The position numbers were made by a program, and so were the translations under genes. Shown piece by piece: positions 50,761 to 64,000 of a stretch of 64,000 nucleotides of DNA. Position 1 is the stretch's first letter. Each line of letters opens with the position of its first letter. This DNA is from Phoronis australis. Lineage: Eukaryota; Animalia; Phoronida. Location of the stretch: contig NMRA01000026.1 of assembly GCA_002633005.1 (NCBI GenBank), positions 767,073 through 831,072 on the forward strand, given 5' to 3'. The notes under the pieces were generated by a model. It was not told the origin of the DNA and made no database searches. It worked only from the letters and a program-made list of their open reading frames with translations.

Positions 50761-53382
50761 GTACGTATGTTCGTTCTGGTTGTTTTTTTGTTCTTTTCCC
50801 ATGCGTGCTTAAGTTACAGGGAGCACGAACGGAGATTTTGATGTTTATCCTTTCCAAAGCGTGAAATCTGTTGATAAACCAATCATATGAGTGCTGCTCG
50901 ATCACACACATTCGATAAACCAATTATATGAGTTCCATTTTGGTAACACAGGTGTCTACAGGAAGTGATGTCACTTGTTCTTGTTTTAACCTGCTTGTCA
51001 TAGTCAAGCCAAAGGTCTTGATACTAGTGTTGACATTGCTAAAATCTTTGAAAGTTCAAGGCGCTATTTTACAGACATTTTTACAGCACATCTGAAGAGC
51101 AATTAGCATTTTCACTGCTCATGTGAACTTTGCACTTAGATTATGTTTTACATCAAGCAGAGCAAAGGTTGAGTTACGTAATGTCATTTTTATGCACCCA
51201 CAAAACATTTTGTGGCCGCATATAGTCGGCCTGTCTGCCCTTACCTTTGCTCGTCTCCATCGAACGGATCACGATCATAAAATTTGACGTGGCAGACTGA
51301 TATGGCAGCACATCTCAATTTTCATCCCGGTTCTTTTATTGTAGCACTTGCTGTTGGTCATTTTAGTTTTCAACAAAAATTTCATTGTCTCTCAGTCATT
51401 GGTGGAGTGAGTAAACAAATTTTGATGAAACTGTGGCGGGAATGCCCCGACACGCCTGTCAACTGTCAGACAGATTAAAGTAATATAGCAACCATGGTTG
51501 GCCATTTTGGTATTTGGCAAGAAATTCCTCGCCAGTCAGTTACTGGATTTTTTTGATAAAACTTCCCATCGAAGGGTATGTGGTGTACCATTCAATTTTC
51601 AAACCAATTCCATAACTGTGGAACCCCTTGTTGAACATCTTTTAGCTTTCGATTAGAAATTTTCAGGCAGATTCAAGTGCCCACTTAGCTTGTTACATTG
51701 TCTTTGAGAAATTCATTGTCCGTCAAATTTTAGCGAAGTGATTTGAGAAAGTCATGCTGAAACTTGGCGGGAATTGTATGGTTGGGATATTCGTATCGTT
51801 CTCCTGTTGGCCGACAATTTTTGAACCACTTTTTCCTTGTCTGTGGATAATTGTCATGAATGGTGTGACAGATTTGATGAAAGTTGACTCAAGGGTTTTT
51901 TGAGTGGGATGCATCAGCAGTAGTCAGTCGATTTTTGGACAAATCCGACCACGTTTGCAACCTTTGGGGATTTTAGTTTTCGACAAGCTATAATTTATTC
52001 GTAAAGTATTATCAAAACAGCTGAACATATTCAGTCTTACGAAACTTGACACATGGATTGGAACCAGTCCATTTTCGAAAAAGTTCGACTGCAGTAGCCC
52101 CCCCTGTTGGCTGCTTAGTGTTTTGCATGATCGTGCTTTGTGTCCTGTCAGTAATCGTCAAGACGGCTCGCTGTATTTTGATGAAACCTGACACAAAGAC
52201 AAGTAATGGTAGGCACTGTTCAATTTTCATCTTTACCACCAAGGTGAAACGGGTTGAGGTTTAAGTCAAGTTATTTGGTACATGAAGTAAGTTGAATGCC
52301 CCTTCATAGTATAGCGTTTGCGGTGACCATGTGGGTGCATATCAGTGCTTTGCGTAGCTCAGGTTATACGCAAATGTCATCTCAACTTGTATAATCAGTG
52401 GAGATTCATGTGCCTTGTATGCTTGTTTCTTGTGTAGGATATTATTATTCAAAAGAAGACGACCCACGCAAATATCGTAGGTTAAAGAGTGCCTTTGACC
52501 CCTTTCCCTAGATGTGCTCCCGTGTGAATGTGCCCCCTTGTTGTTGTTGATTGTTGTTCCTGTTAAATTTGTCATGATCAAATATCTGCTATATCAAATG
52601 GCATCATTCTATGAATGTAAAGAAGTATAATATAGTCTGGTACCAAGAATGTCCTGTTTTGGACACAGTTTCAGGAGAAAGCAAATAATTTACGACTTTG
52701 TACTGGATGATCGTACTTCAAAAATACCATCTTTAACTCAAAACATCAACGACTAATGTGAAAGATTCATTCTCAATATGATGCAAAAGATATCAGGGCA
52801 GAGGCCACAGCCACTGACTGATGTTTTATGTAAGTATACAAGTCAATGAAATGTTTCAGTTAAATGTTTTGCGTAAGCATACAAAATTTTTCGATTATGT
52901 TAACTTGTAAATCTTCCAGCTCATTGTCAGTAATTATTTGTCTAATCTGCCGTATTAAACCTGGCTATTAAGTCTATTAGGTCTTTACTATGAAAAATGT
53001 TCATTTCGATTTCCGGACATTGCTAGTAATGTCAGTTGAAATGGGGTGACATTCACACTGACTCTTTTCATTGGTTTTCTTGCAGGCTTGCATGCTTATT
53101 GTTATTGAATGCTTAACTGTTATGAGATTGAAATTAAAAATGGCGGAGCTGGGCTCAACAACGTGATCTTGTTCATCCTAATCATTTTTGTCTGTTAGAC
53201 AAATGCCTGACTAGTTTATGTCTGGCTTGCTGACAGGTTCTCAGAATTGGTGGAGGCATGTCATCAACTGGGCCCAGGGGGTGGGGGAAATCACCAGAAA
53301 TTTGGGTAAAAAGGGATTTTGAAAAATATCGAGGCAGTGGATTAGCCCCGTACCTCATTAAAACATTACAGTTCGTAGATGT

Positions 53383-54062
53383 AGCCCCAATTCTTCGGGT
53401 AACTGGCATCCGTGGTTTGCGCGGTTATACGACTACATTAGTGAAGAGCTTCAACCAGCAACGCGTCCTTTCCGAGTCGGTGTTTTGCAACTGAGACTCC
53501 GCGCTCGGCATAACGAACTGCTGGTTGCATTGGCGACCTGAAATTTGGAAATCAGCGAGCCGAGATTATGGACGTCTTGTACCTGCCACCGGGAAATTCC
53601 AACCTACGCGAGCCGTTTTGGGGGGGGGTAAAATAGATAGCAACTCGAAAAACATTTATTTTACACGCAATATGTACAGATTATCCTATTATAATATCAC
53701 CTACGGCAATATCGCACTGCGGCACTGGTCAGTCCCGCTGTTTGCACGCAATGTGCTGTCAGACTTGGAAATGCTGTCAAGTAATTTAACAGCCTTTTTC
53801 AATATGCGTCTTGTTTTATGTGACAAAAGACATCAGCTGGATTCAGCATGCGCGTATGTATGAGTCACCTGTCAACCACATATGTTGTTGTCATGGTAAC
53901 ATGCACTCCAGAGTGTGGGAACTTACATGCGTGCACCACTTGAGAGATCGCACGTCTGTTCCAATATTTCCCGGGTCGATGATCCCTGGACCCGATGTTC
54001 CATGCCCGTAGCTAGCTGCGTGCACGTCATTACCACTGCCGCCAATTTTCAAACAGTCTACG
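53383..54062. mobile_element. 680-bp CpG-rich insertion flanked by a 10-bp direct repeat
   Basis: TCGTAGATGT at 53373-53382 and 54063-54072. No clear TIR or coding homology seen. Confidence 0.35.
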
Positions 54063-54357
54063 TCGTAGATGTCTCAGACTCCAATGGTAAGAATTTTGTT
54101 CAGGCTGAAACTGCCCAATGTAGAAACAAAAATATTCGGGAAGCTAAAAGGCTAGGTGGATACAATAATTCACAGTTACGCCTGTCGCAAGAAATCGTAC
54201 CGAAGTCAGAGGCTTTATTTCAGACAGATTTGACAACTATGTCGAAACTGACATCTTTTGGTGCTGTAATTTTACTTGCCCATGCTCCAAAAATCTGTTT
54301 GGGGTCAGAAAACGTGTTATGAAAAAAATTTAGAAGTGTTTTATGAGGTTGAGAAAC

Positions 54358-55187
54358 CTGTGCGCAGTTGCGTGAAACAATACCAAATACTAGGCAGTCA
54401 GTCATTAGTTCCTTAAATCTACTATGTATTTGTGGGCGTGTACTGTTCGGATTTCGCTATTATGTCAATTTTTGGCTTTGATAGAAAACAAGAGTGAACT
54501 CTACATTGAATTCTCGATATTGTAGAAAATAAAGGGATATCTTTTCATGCATTACTCCTGCTTATTTTCATTGAAGTGAGGGGCTCAGATTTTAGTTATT
54601 TGTTTAGAAAATTTCACAAGTCAAAGAGGAGCTCGTAATAAAAGTGAAATGATGGAAAAGGTTTACAGTATGTAAGGAAAGACACAAATGTGCAAAAGAT
54701 TTAGGGAATTCAGTTGAGTCCGTATTTGGGGCTTTAATGCAGCCGGGCCCTGTGGATGGTTGCATGAAACAGTCCCAAATAGGGACTCAACTGAGGTCCC
54801 TATGTCTTTTTGCGCATTTGTTTCTTTATGGACTCAAAGATGCAATATTGTTCTATCATTTCATCTTTATTATGAGCTCCTCTTTGACTCAGGACATTTT
54901 CTAATACTAAAAACTGAGCCCAGAGTTCATTGAAAATAAATAGGGACTCAGTCCTTAAATTGGGGGTGTTGTATGAAAAGATCCCTAATTATTTTCGATA
55001 ATATTGACAATTCATGGTAGATTTCACTCTCGATTTGTATCAAAGTTAAAAGTTGATTTGCCGTAGTAAGGAAACTAAAACAATACAAGAAAGGGCAATC
55101 GATGTTTTCACAAGTCCAAAAATACGCAGTAGATTTAGGGAACTTAGTTGAGTTCCTATTTGGGACTGTTTCATGCAACTGGGCCCC
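54358..55187. mobile_element. Two adjacent ~400-bp MITE copies in opposite orientation (54358-54750 and 54758-55187)
   Basis: TIR GTTGCATGAAACAGTCCCAAATAGGGACTCAACT. The interiors are reverse complements of each other (e.g. AGTCAAAGAGGAGCTC vs GAGCTCCTCTTTGACT). Partial third copy at ~2530-2770. Confidence 0.75.
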
Positions 55188-58100
55188 GGGGTATGTTTCA
55201 TGAAAAGTGTCTGAGACTTAATTTTATGTTCTCTCTTCCCAATTATTTACCCTTCACAGCTTAGTCACGATTTATTGAAATTGTTTCAGTTATCACCTGC
55301 TATGTACTTTTGCTAAAGTGGGATTTAATTCACATTTTTCAAAAATAATTGTGTGGGGTGTAAGTCAAAATTTCTGACTGAAGTCTTGAGTCACTTTTTT
55401 GCGTTTTAGGCAGAGAGTAAGGCAAAAACAGTCCTTAAGTGGAAGGACATGTGAGCGAGGAGTCTTGGGCAGAGTACCGTTACTGTCTCGGTTTAACCAG
55501 TGTCTTAAATGAGCTTTGTGACTAGTATAATTATTCTAGTCATGTGCCATGCATTGTGGGAACAAACTAACGTGTATGGATAAGTTTGTGGACCTAGTAA
55601 CCAATCAAACATAACCTATGGTAAAATCGCACCAATTAGGACATAATATGGCTGTAAATAATTTTCTTATTTTTTTCATAAAAGATATAAAGTACCAATT
55701 TCTTAACCATTTTCAAGCTCTGTACCAGACCAATCATTTGACAAATAGTTTCAAAAATCTTGAGTCTGTGAACGGCTTTTTAAAAAAATCGTTGAAAATT
55801 GATTGCAAAAGGGCAATTTTTAAGAACTATTTGCTTAGTTGTTGAGATTTCACCATAGCATTGTCGTTAGAATTTCTCACGATTCAATCTTGCACAAGTA
55901 CGAAATTTCTGAACCTTAGTCCGTCTTCTGAAAACTCCCACAATTCAGTGTGATTAATGCTTTATTTGATGAGGTATGTCTTGGCTAATCTTACTGACAT
56001 TTCATGCGCTCCTTTCTAGTGTCCAACATTGCCCAGTGCCGTGAACACTCTGGTATGTGCTGACACTCGTGTGTCGCATGCAATAATCTGTTGTATATCT
56101 CGGAAACACTTTTTTACCACCTGAAAATACGGGATATAACCAGCCACCATTGTGTTTAGAGAACAACGAATCAACTTTCTGAAGCACTGATTTTGTTGTC
56201 GGGGATTTGATTTGATGGGTCAAAAAGTTGATTCCTTGTTGGGTAAATAGATTGACAGGTTTATCCCTGTTGAAAAATTAAAAAAGAAACGACACGTAGA
56301 TTAGAGCTCACCGTGTAATCGTGTTAAACAAATCTAGGCCGGTTTTATCTCAGTGTTCAGTGTAAGCATGAAGCTTTGACCTGCATCAGGTAGTGGTATT
56401 TGGAAGTGATATTAGAATTACACTAAGGCCTATGCTAAATTGAGCTCTCTTTCGTGGAGGTAGAAAAATGCACTGCACCACTTTTCAAAATGTCAGGCAC
56501 CTGAAGTGAGTTGAACAAGAATGCAAGAACAGTGTATCGCAAATTCAAAACTGATATTTGCCTAAAGTTGACAAATTCTAGGTGTCGGCATGGTAACCCG
56601 ATATGCAATAATGCAACTTTGCCTGCTTTAATTACAGTTGTGGATCATAGTAATTAGGATATGGGGAAAGTGGCCAGTACAATTGCATGTGTTCCAAGAG
56701 TGTTGCTGATTTTATGAATTAGATTTGATTCTGGTTGATAACTGTTTAATTATTTCAATTGCCTATGTGGGTAATAGTCACTTACGGGGGCCTACATTAA
56801 TTAAGAACCAGTTTTCTCCACCGAATAACGGGTATCAAAAGTGCCGTTTACACTTACAAAGTTGACATGGATCAGCTGACACGGAACAAGTTGTTCCAGT
56901 GTGTAAACAGACTGACACGGAGCAAATTGACACCGCGGTGACAAATTTTTGCCACTCGTTTGTGAGGTAGAGCAATTTGCGCCCGAACATCTTGCTCCGT
57001 GTCAATTATAAGTCTAAACGCGAAACTGGAGCAAGGCGAAAAGGATCATCTCTACTGCGCTTGTGCAATGACCTTCATATGGGTTTTTTGTCTCTGCAAC
57101 TCTCATCGTTTGTAAACCTGCGCACGTGCGATCCAGTCTCTCCAGCTGCAATTTCCGTCTTGCCACAGTTAGTGAGTTGTGTTTGCAAATTTATGCAGTG
57201 CTTATATTTGATCGTTTTGGGTCGTGAAAAAGGTTTCGTTTGAAATCACTTGGTTAACAATATATACCGGTATGTAAATGAGCACCAGATTTTGGTACGG
57301 TGCAAGTAAATCTCTCTGATAAACTCTGTTTTTTTAATGAAAAACTTGAAAATATGAAGTTTGTGATATTCCATTCAGCAGTTATACCTCAGTGACAAAT
57401 TCAAAACTTACGGGGTTGCACTACATAATGCAACAATCCTAGCACCATAAATGAAGGCATTTGAATGCTCACCCCGGGGCCCATATTCTCACAAATACCC
57501 ACCACACAAATAAATACCCTTCCATTCCAACTCTAGTCTGATAATAAAAAGAGGGTTCTCTCTTCCAATTCACACCAACTCGTAAATTAATCCCAGTAGT
57601 CTGCTATTGACAATGAGCAAAGTTTGTCGTTCAGATATTAGAAACTTACTATTGATCATTTGGATGATGTTGCCTACTTAAAGCTGTGTTACTTGTCATT
57701 ATTCAATACCTGGATTGATTACCTGTGTAGTATTTTATAATCATTTCGATCTATTTGAACATGACTCACACAACTCTTCATCTATTAAAGTAGGAATTTA
57801 TCATGTTGACGAGCCACGAAGATGTAGTAATTATTAACTATGAAAATGATTGGGCTAGAAAAGACGTGAATTTGAAGTAAGAATTAATTCTTTTGTTATT
57901 CACGATTGATCAAGATCACTCATTCACGCCAAGATAGAACGTTCCAGATTTCCAAGGAGACATTTTTACGAAAAGTATTTTTTCTGTGTTCTGCTAGAAA
58001 GGCATACTTTGTTCATTGGAAAATTTTCCTAATCTACATTAATTCAGAAAATACCAAAAATTTCTTGTAAAAATGAAAATGCCTGTCACTTACTGGGAGA

Positions 58101-58450
58101 CAAAAAGATAGTAAAAAAGATAGTAGGTTTTTTCATCCCCCAAGACTAATTAGTTAAGAAATTAGAAACCAGTTTACGTAAATTTTTGGATAAAATTCCT
58201 GAGGTAACATTTTCCGGGTCAATTCCTAAATGATATTTCTGGGTACAATTTCCAGGAAATTAAATTCGCAACTTTTTTCAGTGTGTAGAAAATTGTATTT
58301 TTTGATATTTTTGAAATAATACAGTTGGTGCCTGCCATTCAACTTCATGTGTTGCATTTGGGCCATACCACAGTGTTCACGTGCACAGCTGCATTTTCAG
58401 CTTGGCGTGTCTGTCAGTGTTCAAAAAGCAGCTCGGAGCGAGATACCCCA

Positions 58451-58504
58451 AGGGCTGAGTCCACTTAGAAGAGTTCCAGGGCTGGGTCCACTTAGAAGAG
58501 TTCC
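58451..58504 (+). repeat. 27-bp tandem duplication
   Basis: AGGGCTGRGTCCACTTAGAAGAGTTCC x2. Confidence 0.9.
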
Positions 58505-60445
58505 ACTGATGTCAATAACATGTTTTACTGGACATTTCTAAATCACCAGATTGTACTGGAGACTCGTTGCCTAAACTGACCAATCAGGTTGCTTGCTCCA
58601 AATAACTATTACATTTTCGTCATGCGATTGGTCAATTTTTGTTCAGTCTCAATTACTGAATTCTGTGGTATTGGGTTACTATTCAGGTGTCCAACAATGT
58701 CCCCAACTTAGAGAAATTTAGGGTGTAACTGGTGCAAATATCCTGGTGCAGAGGTCATGAGGGGCTTACTTCATCTTTAGAGATGATCTCTCCTGTTTAG
58801 TATATTCCGAATGTGGGATTTGTGATTTTGTTGTTGCCTGTATGATGAGTCACTCCAGGTCTGTTGTTGTTGTGTTCACCATGACATCTATTGTCGCATG
58901 CCAAAGTTTTATTCTCAAATTATGAGCCATTGCAGTATGAGGATGGAAGGTTGTGATTATGACGATTTGTTTTGAGTTGTGCCATGGTTGCAGTTGGACT
59001 TAAGGATGTTTCAGAAGACTAATGCGCTCTAATCAGTCAGGACAAGAACAAACAGTATTGCTATGATATTTTTAGGGCTTTTGCAAGAATTGTGGTCGTG
59101 CCTCGCTGATGTGACATCGTTGATCTGCCAATGATAATAATTCCTTTGCTTTATCTGCTGCACATAAAACAAAATGGCATCTTGTTATGTTTGAAACAAA
59201 AATCTGTAAGCCAGCGTTGACGTATTATCTTGGCTAGATTATTTCCACATGTGGTGTTTTCAGAAGAAAACTGCCCCGCTTTTGTCACTTTCAAAATTTT
59301 TATCAATTCCAGAATTAGAGTTGCGTGTAGCCGAGAAGACTTCACCTCGTTTTAAAACTCTTTTTACGAAACCACAGAATCCACTTTACGGTCTTGGAAT
59401 AATTTTGATCGACGATTTTCTTTATTGAGTCGTTGCAACACTACTTAGTTGTGATTGGTAGAGACAATTGTTGCCATGATGCCAACAGAATGGTTCAACA
59501 ATTGCGACAGGTTTGCGGGGTGACGTGATACCATTGTTGTTACGACATAGCGCGCGACTTCTTGGGAATGAGACCTTTGAGGTCTGTTGACTGTCAACAC
59601 CATCATTTTCCTGCTTATGTTTCTGTTTGCTTGAAGCTTGAGCCAGTGGAATGTCTTGCTATGAAGCATGATTGAATGTCTGAAGCATGTTGCTAAAGCT
59701 GTCAGGTTAATGCTAGTTTTTGTTAAATCTGCTTAACTGTCTGATCTGCTGTTGGTTGTGCTAAATTTTCATATAACTTAGGCTGTTAACTTGACTCCTG
59801 GCATCTGTTGCAAAACAGTGATCTTTTTTTGAAAAGTGGAAAAAATATTTAATTGCAAAGGCATTTTGTGCATGTTTTCGGATCCTCAGACATCTGCAAC
59901 CTCAAAACCCTGATGAAGCAGATTTGAGACCAAAAGTGCCAAAAATGTGGTCTTTAGCTAACTTTTAGATAGAAAAGATGTAAAGGTATGAATTAAGGGA
60001 ATTCTTTCAAGCATTTACACTACCATTAGTGTTGCTGGTTTGACACATTTCTCTTTACATTTATTTATTTATTTATTTATCTTTTTGCCATTGAATTCTT
60101 GAAGCTTGAAAGAAATGAGAGGAAACTTTCATTGAAAATTTCACATGGAACAAAAAAATTGGCATGTACACTAGCAAGTATTTGTTGGGCAGTTGTCTCC
60201 ATTTAGCCTGAAGTTAAAATTAATTTATTTCTGGCTGCTTACACATTTTGTCATCTTATTTTTTGTTAAAAACAAATTGAGCACGAGTTTTCAATCGACT
60301 TTCTTCTAGTTTCTGCAGTCTTTCTTTTTCTAATTAACTTTCTATCGCCTTACTGCATTTCAAAGTTCTATTCACATTTCCTTGGAGCAACATTGCTTTT
60401 CAGTGTACTTCTCCCAGTGTTTCATTTAATTACGTTTCATTTCAG

Positions 60446-60574
60446 GACTTGATCACAAAGGAAGTGTTCTTGTCATCTATAATGTGTCAAGAGCCTGTGC
60501 TGATAAGTACGAGTGCGTTGCCAGTAACGAGGTGCCCCCTTCCATTCACAGGGAATTTGTGCTGGAGGTCGAAT
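60446..60574 (+). CDS. Exon 5: Ig2 C-half (R)LDHKGSVLVIYNVSRACADKYECVASNEVPPSIHREFVLEVE
   Basis: Acceptor tttcatttcag, donor T|GTGAGT. LxIxNVSR...YECVAxNxVPP motif. Confidence 0.93.
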
Positions 60575-61635
60575 GTGAGTACTGTGAGCGCCATCTTTTG
60601 TCTTGCAAATCACCCCCGTCTTGACTTTTTTAATGCTGTAGTGGATTTACACTAAGAGGCCGTCTGTTAAACTATGTTAGGAATATTTTTGGTATATGTG
60701 CGGAACTACTCTTTTTCGATTCATGTGACTATGGTAAAGTTTCTTTAAATGAGAACACAATATGACAGAAAGGTATTTTATTTGATCAAACTTTTCTACA
60801 CTGAGAGTGAACAAGACGGTAACGTTAGATGATTTTTTGGAAACATTATTGGCTATCAGCAAACACAAGATGAAATTTCCAATGTTTTTGGCAATGGTTT
60901 GAAAAATCAAAATAATATGACGATTTTGGCCATTATTTTTGTTCAAATTAAGGGAAACTTTACTATATGTAGGACTCTTAGGAGATCTATGACTGAGTGC
61001 GTATGTTGTTGTTTGCGATGTTCACCTTAGTGGTGTGATTTGTTGCCACTGGTGATGTTTTTAGTTAAAATGAAACGTTTTGGACGTTTATGTGTTTTCA
61101 TGTATAATGTAAATACGCTATTGATTACTGGTGCTCGTTATCTATTTGTTGCTAACAGCAGATAAATGTCTCTGAATGTAAACACCTATTGTGTGATAGT
61201 GCATTTGTAATCACGTGACTAACTCTCATTTATGGCTTTCCTGTGATCACAAGTTGGATTACGGTAATTCTACACGTATTTCGCACAAAAATAATCCCCA
61301 AAATTGTGATTTTTATTTTTCAAAGGCTGATTACTTCACTGTAAATTAAAAAAAGTTTATCAAAAGTTCTTCACTGTACAAACCAGGACTAAATTTTTCT
61401 TAATCTTTATTTCTGTAAAAAATGACAAAATAGAATTTCACTTGTCGACAGAATTGCTTGCAAAATAAGTGAGGAGTTACTATATCTCATGGATTGAGTG
61501 AAGGCAGTAGGGTCTTAGGTTCACTTTAGTCTATGAGCACAAATGATCCCCACGCATAGGCACTGATTGTGTGGGGTGACTGAACATCTGTAGACTAATC
61601 TTGGCTATGTCGCTGATTTGTTGAATCTGTTTTAG

Positions 61636-61806
61636 TCGCTCCGCAGGCTTTTGTTCAGCCACAGACCATTCAACAAAAGTTGGGCAGGATGACGGTATTA
61701 AGCTGTACTATAGAAGGATACCCTCTTATCGGCATGCACTGGGAGTTCAAAGGTCGTCAGTTGAGGCCATTACCCGGAAAGTATCACATAGATCCTCAGC
61801 GTCTAG
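61636..61806 (+). CDS. Exon 6: Ig3 N-half (F)APQAFVQPQTIQQKLGRMTVLSCTIEGYPLIGMHWEFKGRQLRPLPGKYHIDPQRL
   Basis: Acceptor ctgttttag, donor G|GTAATT. LxCxIEGYP...W motif, phase 1-1. Confidence 0.9.
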
Positions 61807-63026
61807 GTAATTTGCTACAAGTCTAGTAAAAGATTTCTATTGTATTTTTGCTGCAGTAAAATCTCACCGATTTCAAACAAAATATTTGCCAAGTTTGCCT
61901 GTTTTCATTTTCAAGGGCTTCTAACATTGTTGCAAATGCCCGTGAGTTTTCAAAATATTGTCTTGTGGTTGCTATAGTTATAGACTTTGGAATGGTAAGT
62001 CATTCATTTGGTGGTTACATACCTTGACAAAATGAGAAAATAGCGGAGTTTCACTTATCTGTCATATTGTGTCCTACATTAGTGAGAGTTTATTGTAGAT
62101 CTGTCACTCTGAACCATTGGGAACATCTTCCTTCGAGTGAGAATTCTAGTTAGAGATCATAGAGTTTGAATGCAGATATCAAGCTGGTCTATTGGTTGAA
62201 ACCTTTTCTGGCAGTCTTTTGTCCAGCTTCATGCCTGATGTCAGGCAGCAATCAGCACCACACAAAAGCAAATTCTGAGGTCATTATTCTTGATGATGCA
62301 GAGGCTCAATGCCTGCTTTTCCTGTATTTTCGTATTGACAAAGTGACATTGTTGCTGGGTCTTGAATGGGAAGGGTTGTCAACTTGAGGGACTTTTTGAG
62401 TGAGCAGGGGTCAAATATAAAATTGAAATTAGGTCGACTGACAATTTTGCGTGATCATAATTTGTCACAAACGAATTCATATGAATGAGGTAAATGTGCT
62501 TTAAACGTTTGATAAGAATTCACGTTTATGAATTTTAATTTTTCATGCAAGGTTTATCATCGTCAGGAAAATTTATGATCGGATCACTGAGAGATGATAA
62601 ATGCTCAGAAGAGATAGCGCCCTGAATGTTCGTTTGTGATCAGCCTGATATAAATTTGTATCGACCAAAAGGGGGTGTAGGACTTGGAATTGAACAGGCC
62701 CCCTGTGATACACAGTGCCCAACCATTGTGGACCAGTCAGAGTCATGAACCATTTGAGAATAGATTTATTTAGTGGTTAGGAAAATTTATTTTTGTGTGA
62801 CTTGTGACTCCAAGCCGCACAGCATCTACCATCCAATTGCATGCACAATCACCTCTAACTCGAAACTTAACCAATCACGCGTCATAATTCAAGATTTTGC
62901 AAGTTTACTCGAATCGTGTCGTGCAATTGGTTCAGTTTCGAGTACATACAGTTGACCCCTTGCCTTGCAGATAAACAGACTATAGGTGTCACTTCGTTAC
63001 TTGCTACAATGAAACGATCATTTCAG

Positions 63027-63152
63027 ATCCAATCAGTCACACCTCTAGGCTTAGTTTGACCATATCAAATATTGAGGAGATGGATTATGGTGACTACACA
63101 TGTGTCGCATCAAACCATTTGGGTACGGTGAAAAAAACGGCCTCATTAATCA
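63027..63152 (+). CDS. Exon 7: Ig3 C-half (D)PISHTSRLSLTISNIEEMDYGDYTCVASNHLGTVKKTASLI
   Basis: Acceptor tcatttcag, donor A|GTAAGT. LTIxN...DYGxYxCVAxNxLG motif. Confidence 0.92.
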
Positions 63153-64000
63153 GTAAGTATGAGTTCAAGTTGGCGTGAAGGAAACTTTTATTTTGTTGTG
63201 AAATTTCTTGGCTATAATTACGAATTAAGGAACTTTTATTAACTTGTCCGGTTTGAACAGGGTATCTACTATTAAACAACAGTTGGTAAAGTTATTTTTT
63301 GTGGCAATGTTAAGGCAGCTTTTGAGCAATTAGTAAAGGGACAATTTTGCATTGAAGTAACTGATGGTATATCATGAGGGGTGCACAATAATAGAGGGCT
63401 GGGGAGGCTATAGCCCTCCACTTTTTTCAGTGCTGCAGCTCCCACGTGCATGTTCTTCATTTTCAGATAAAAAATTGCGAATTTGGTTACTTTCGTAATT
63501 TTGTCTTTGCTGGAATATTATCAAATTATTCTGCACCTGTTGACGGTGTTAAAATCAGGGTTAATCTAAATAATTTGGCTTTAAACATTTAATATGTCTC
63601 ATTGGGAAACATAATCACCTGTGTGTTACATGGAGCATGCTAGATGCTTGGTCAACACTCTCGTCATAGGAATCCATGTTTGTTATCATTCAGAGTGCAT
63701 GATTATGTATTCTTCAACTTAGGGACAGGGATTTGGGAAAGACATGGTAAGATACCTAGCATGACACGTCGACCACATTGAGACTGGAGTCTCAGTCGGA
63801 TTGTTTCCAAGCGGGAAGTTTTCCCCCTGTCAGCTTTAAACATAGACGTGTCTGATTATCGTTCAAAGGCGCGGATTGAGTTTATCGAACATTGCGAACT
63901 GGATTGTAATCCGCATTTTCTCTGCTTAAACTGCTTTCGCGTAATTTACGTCCAATTATTTCGGCACTAAACGAGTGTTTGAGAGCACACGGGATGTGGT

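Larger units (their letters stand above)
6979..63152 (+). other. Multi-exon gene span: three-Ig-domain Lachesin/DIP/IgLON-like cell adhesion molecule (3' end incomplete in window)
   Basis: Seven GT-AG exons join in frame (intron phases 1,0,1,1,1,1,1) into a signal peptide plus three Ig domains. Each domain has the B-strand Cys, C-strand Trp and YxC motif. Family assignment is from recalled motif similarity, not a database search. Confidence 0.9.

Noticed and set aside
52127-52208. MIVLCVLSVIVKTARC... with a phase-1 G|GTAGGC donor as another first exon
   Set aside because: It lies between the two halves of Ig2, so it would join to half a domain. The donor is weak and there is no basic n-region.
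53055-53110. Strong acceptor-like sequence (ctgac...ttttcttgcag) in intron 4
   Set aside because: It leads to a stop within seven codons and no matching donor was identified.
63153-64000. Search for the terminal GPI-signal or transmembrane exon
   Set aside because: Acceptors at ~63466 and ~63833 give no convincing hydrophobic C-terminus. The exon probably lies downstream of the window.

Overview
This is AT-rich animal genomic DNA, probably from a lophotrochozoan invertebrate (inferred from the protein and repeat types); it contains no prokaryotic features. Most of the window is one large + strand gene for a three-Ig-domain cell-adhesion protein of the Lachesin/DIP/IgLON-like group. Seven phase-consistent coding exons were reconstructed by hand: 6979-7072, 25032-25138, 31596-31800, 50605-50760, 60446-60574, 61636-61806 and 63027-63152 (329 codons). 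The C-terminal exon(s) were not found and probably lie beyond the window. The introns appear to hold several devices that act on the N-terminus or on Ig1, most of them not shown by the ORF track. (1) A second signal-peptide first exon behind a TATA box (23980-24064). (2) An internal signal-peptide first exon (43261-43411) that would replace Ig1 with a polybasic peptide. (3) A 15-nt in-frame microexon candidate inside Ig1 (26348-26362). (4) A 47-bp tandem array that copies the end of exon 2 with its splice donor seven times and carries amino-acid variants. (5) A candidate recursive splice site (38921-38928). The introns also contain a Kolobok deletion derivative with THAP and KolX remnants, a LINE 3' fragment, a 74-bp-arm hairpin with a Penelope-type minimal hammerhead motif, and many MITEs. 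All splicing calls are predictions from sequence alone and need RNA evidence.
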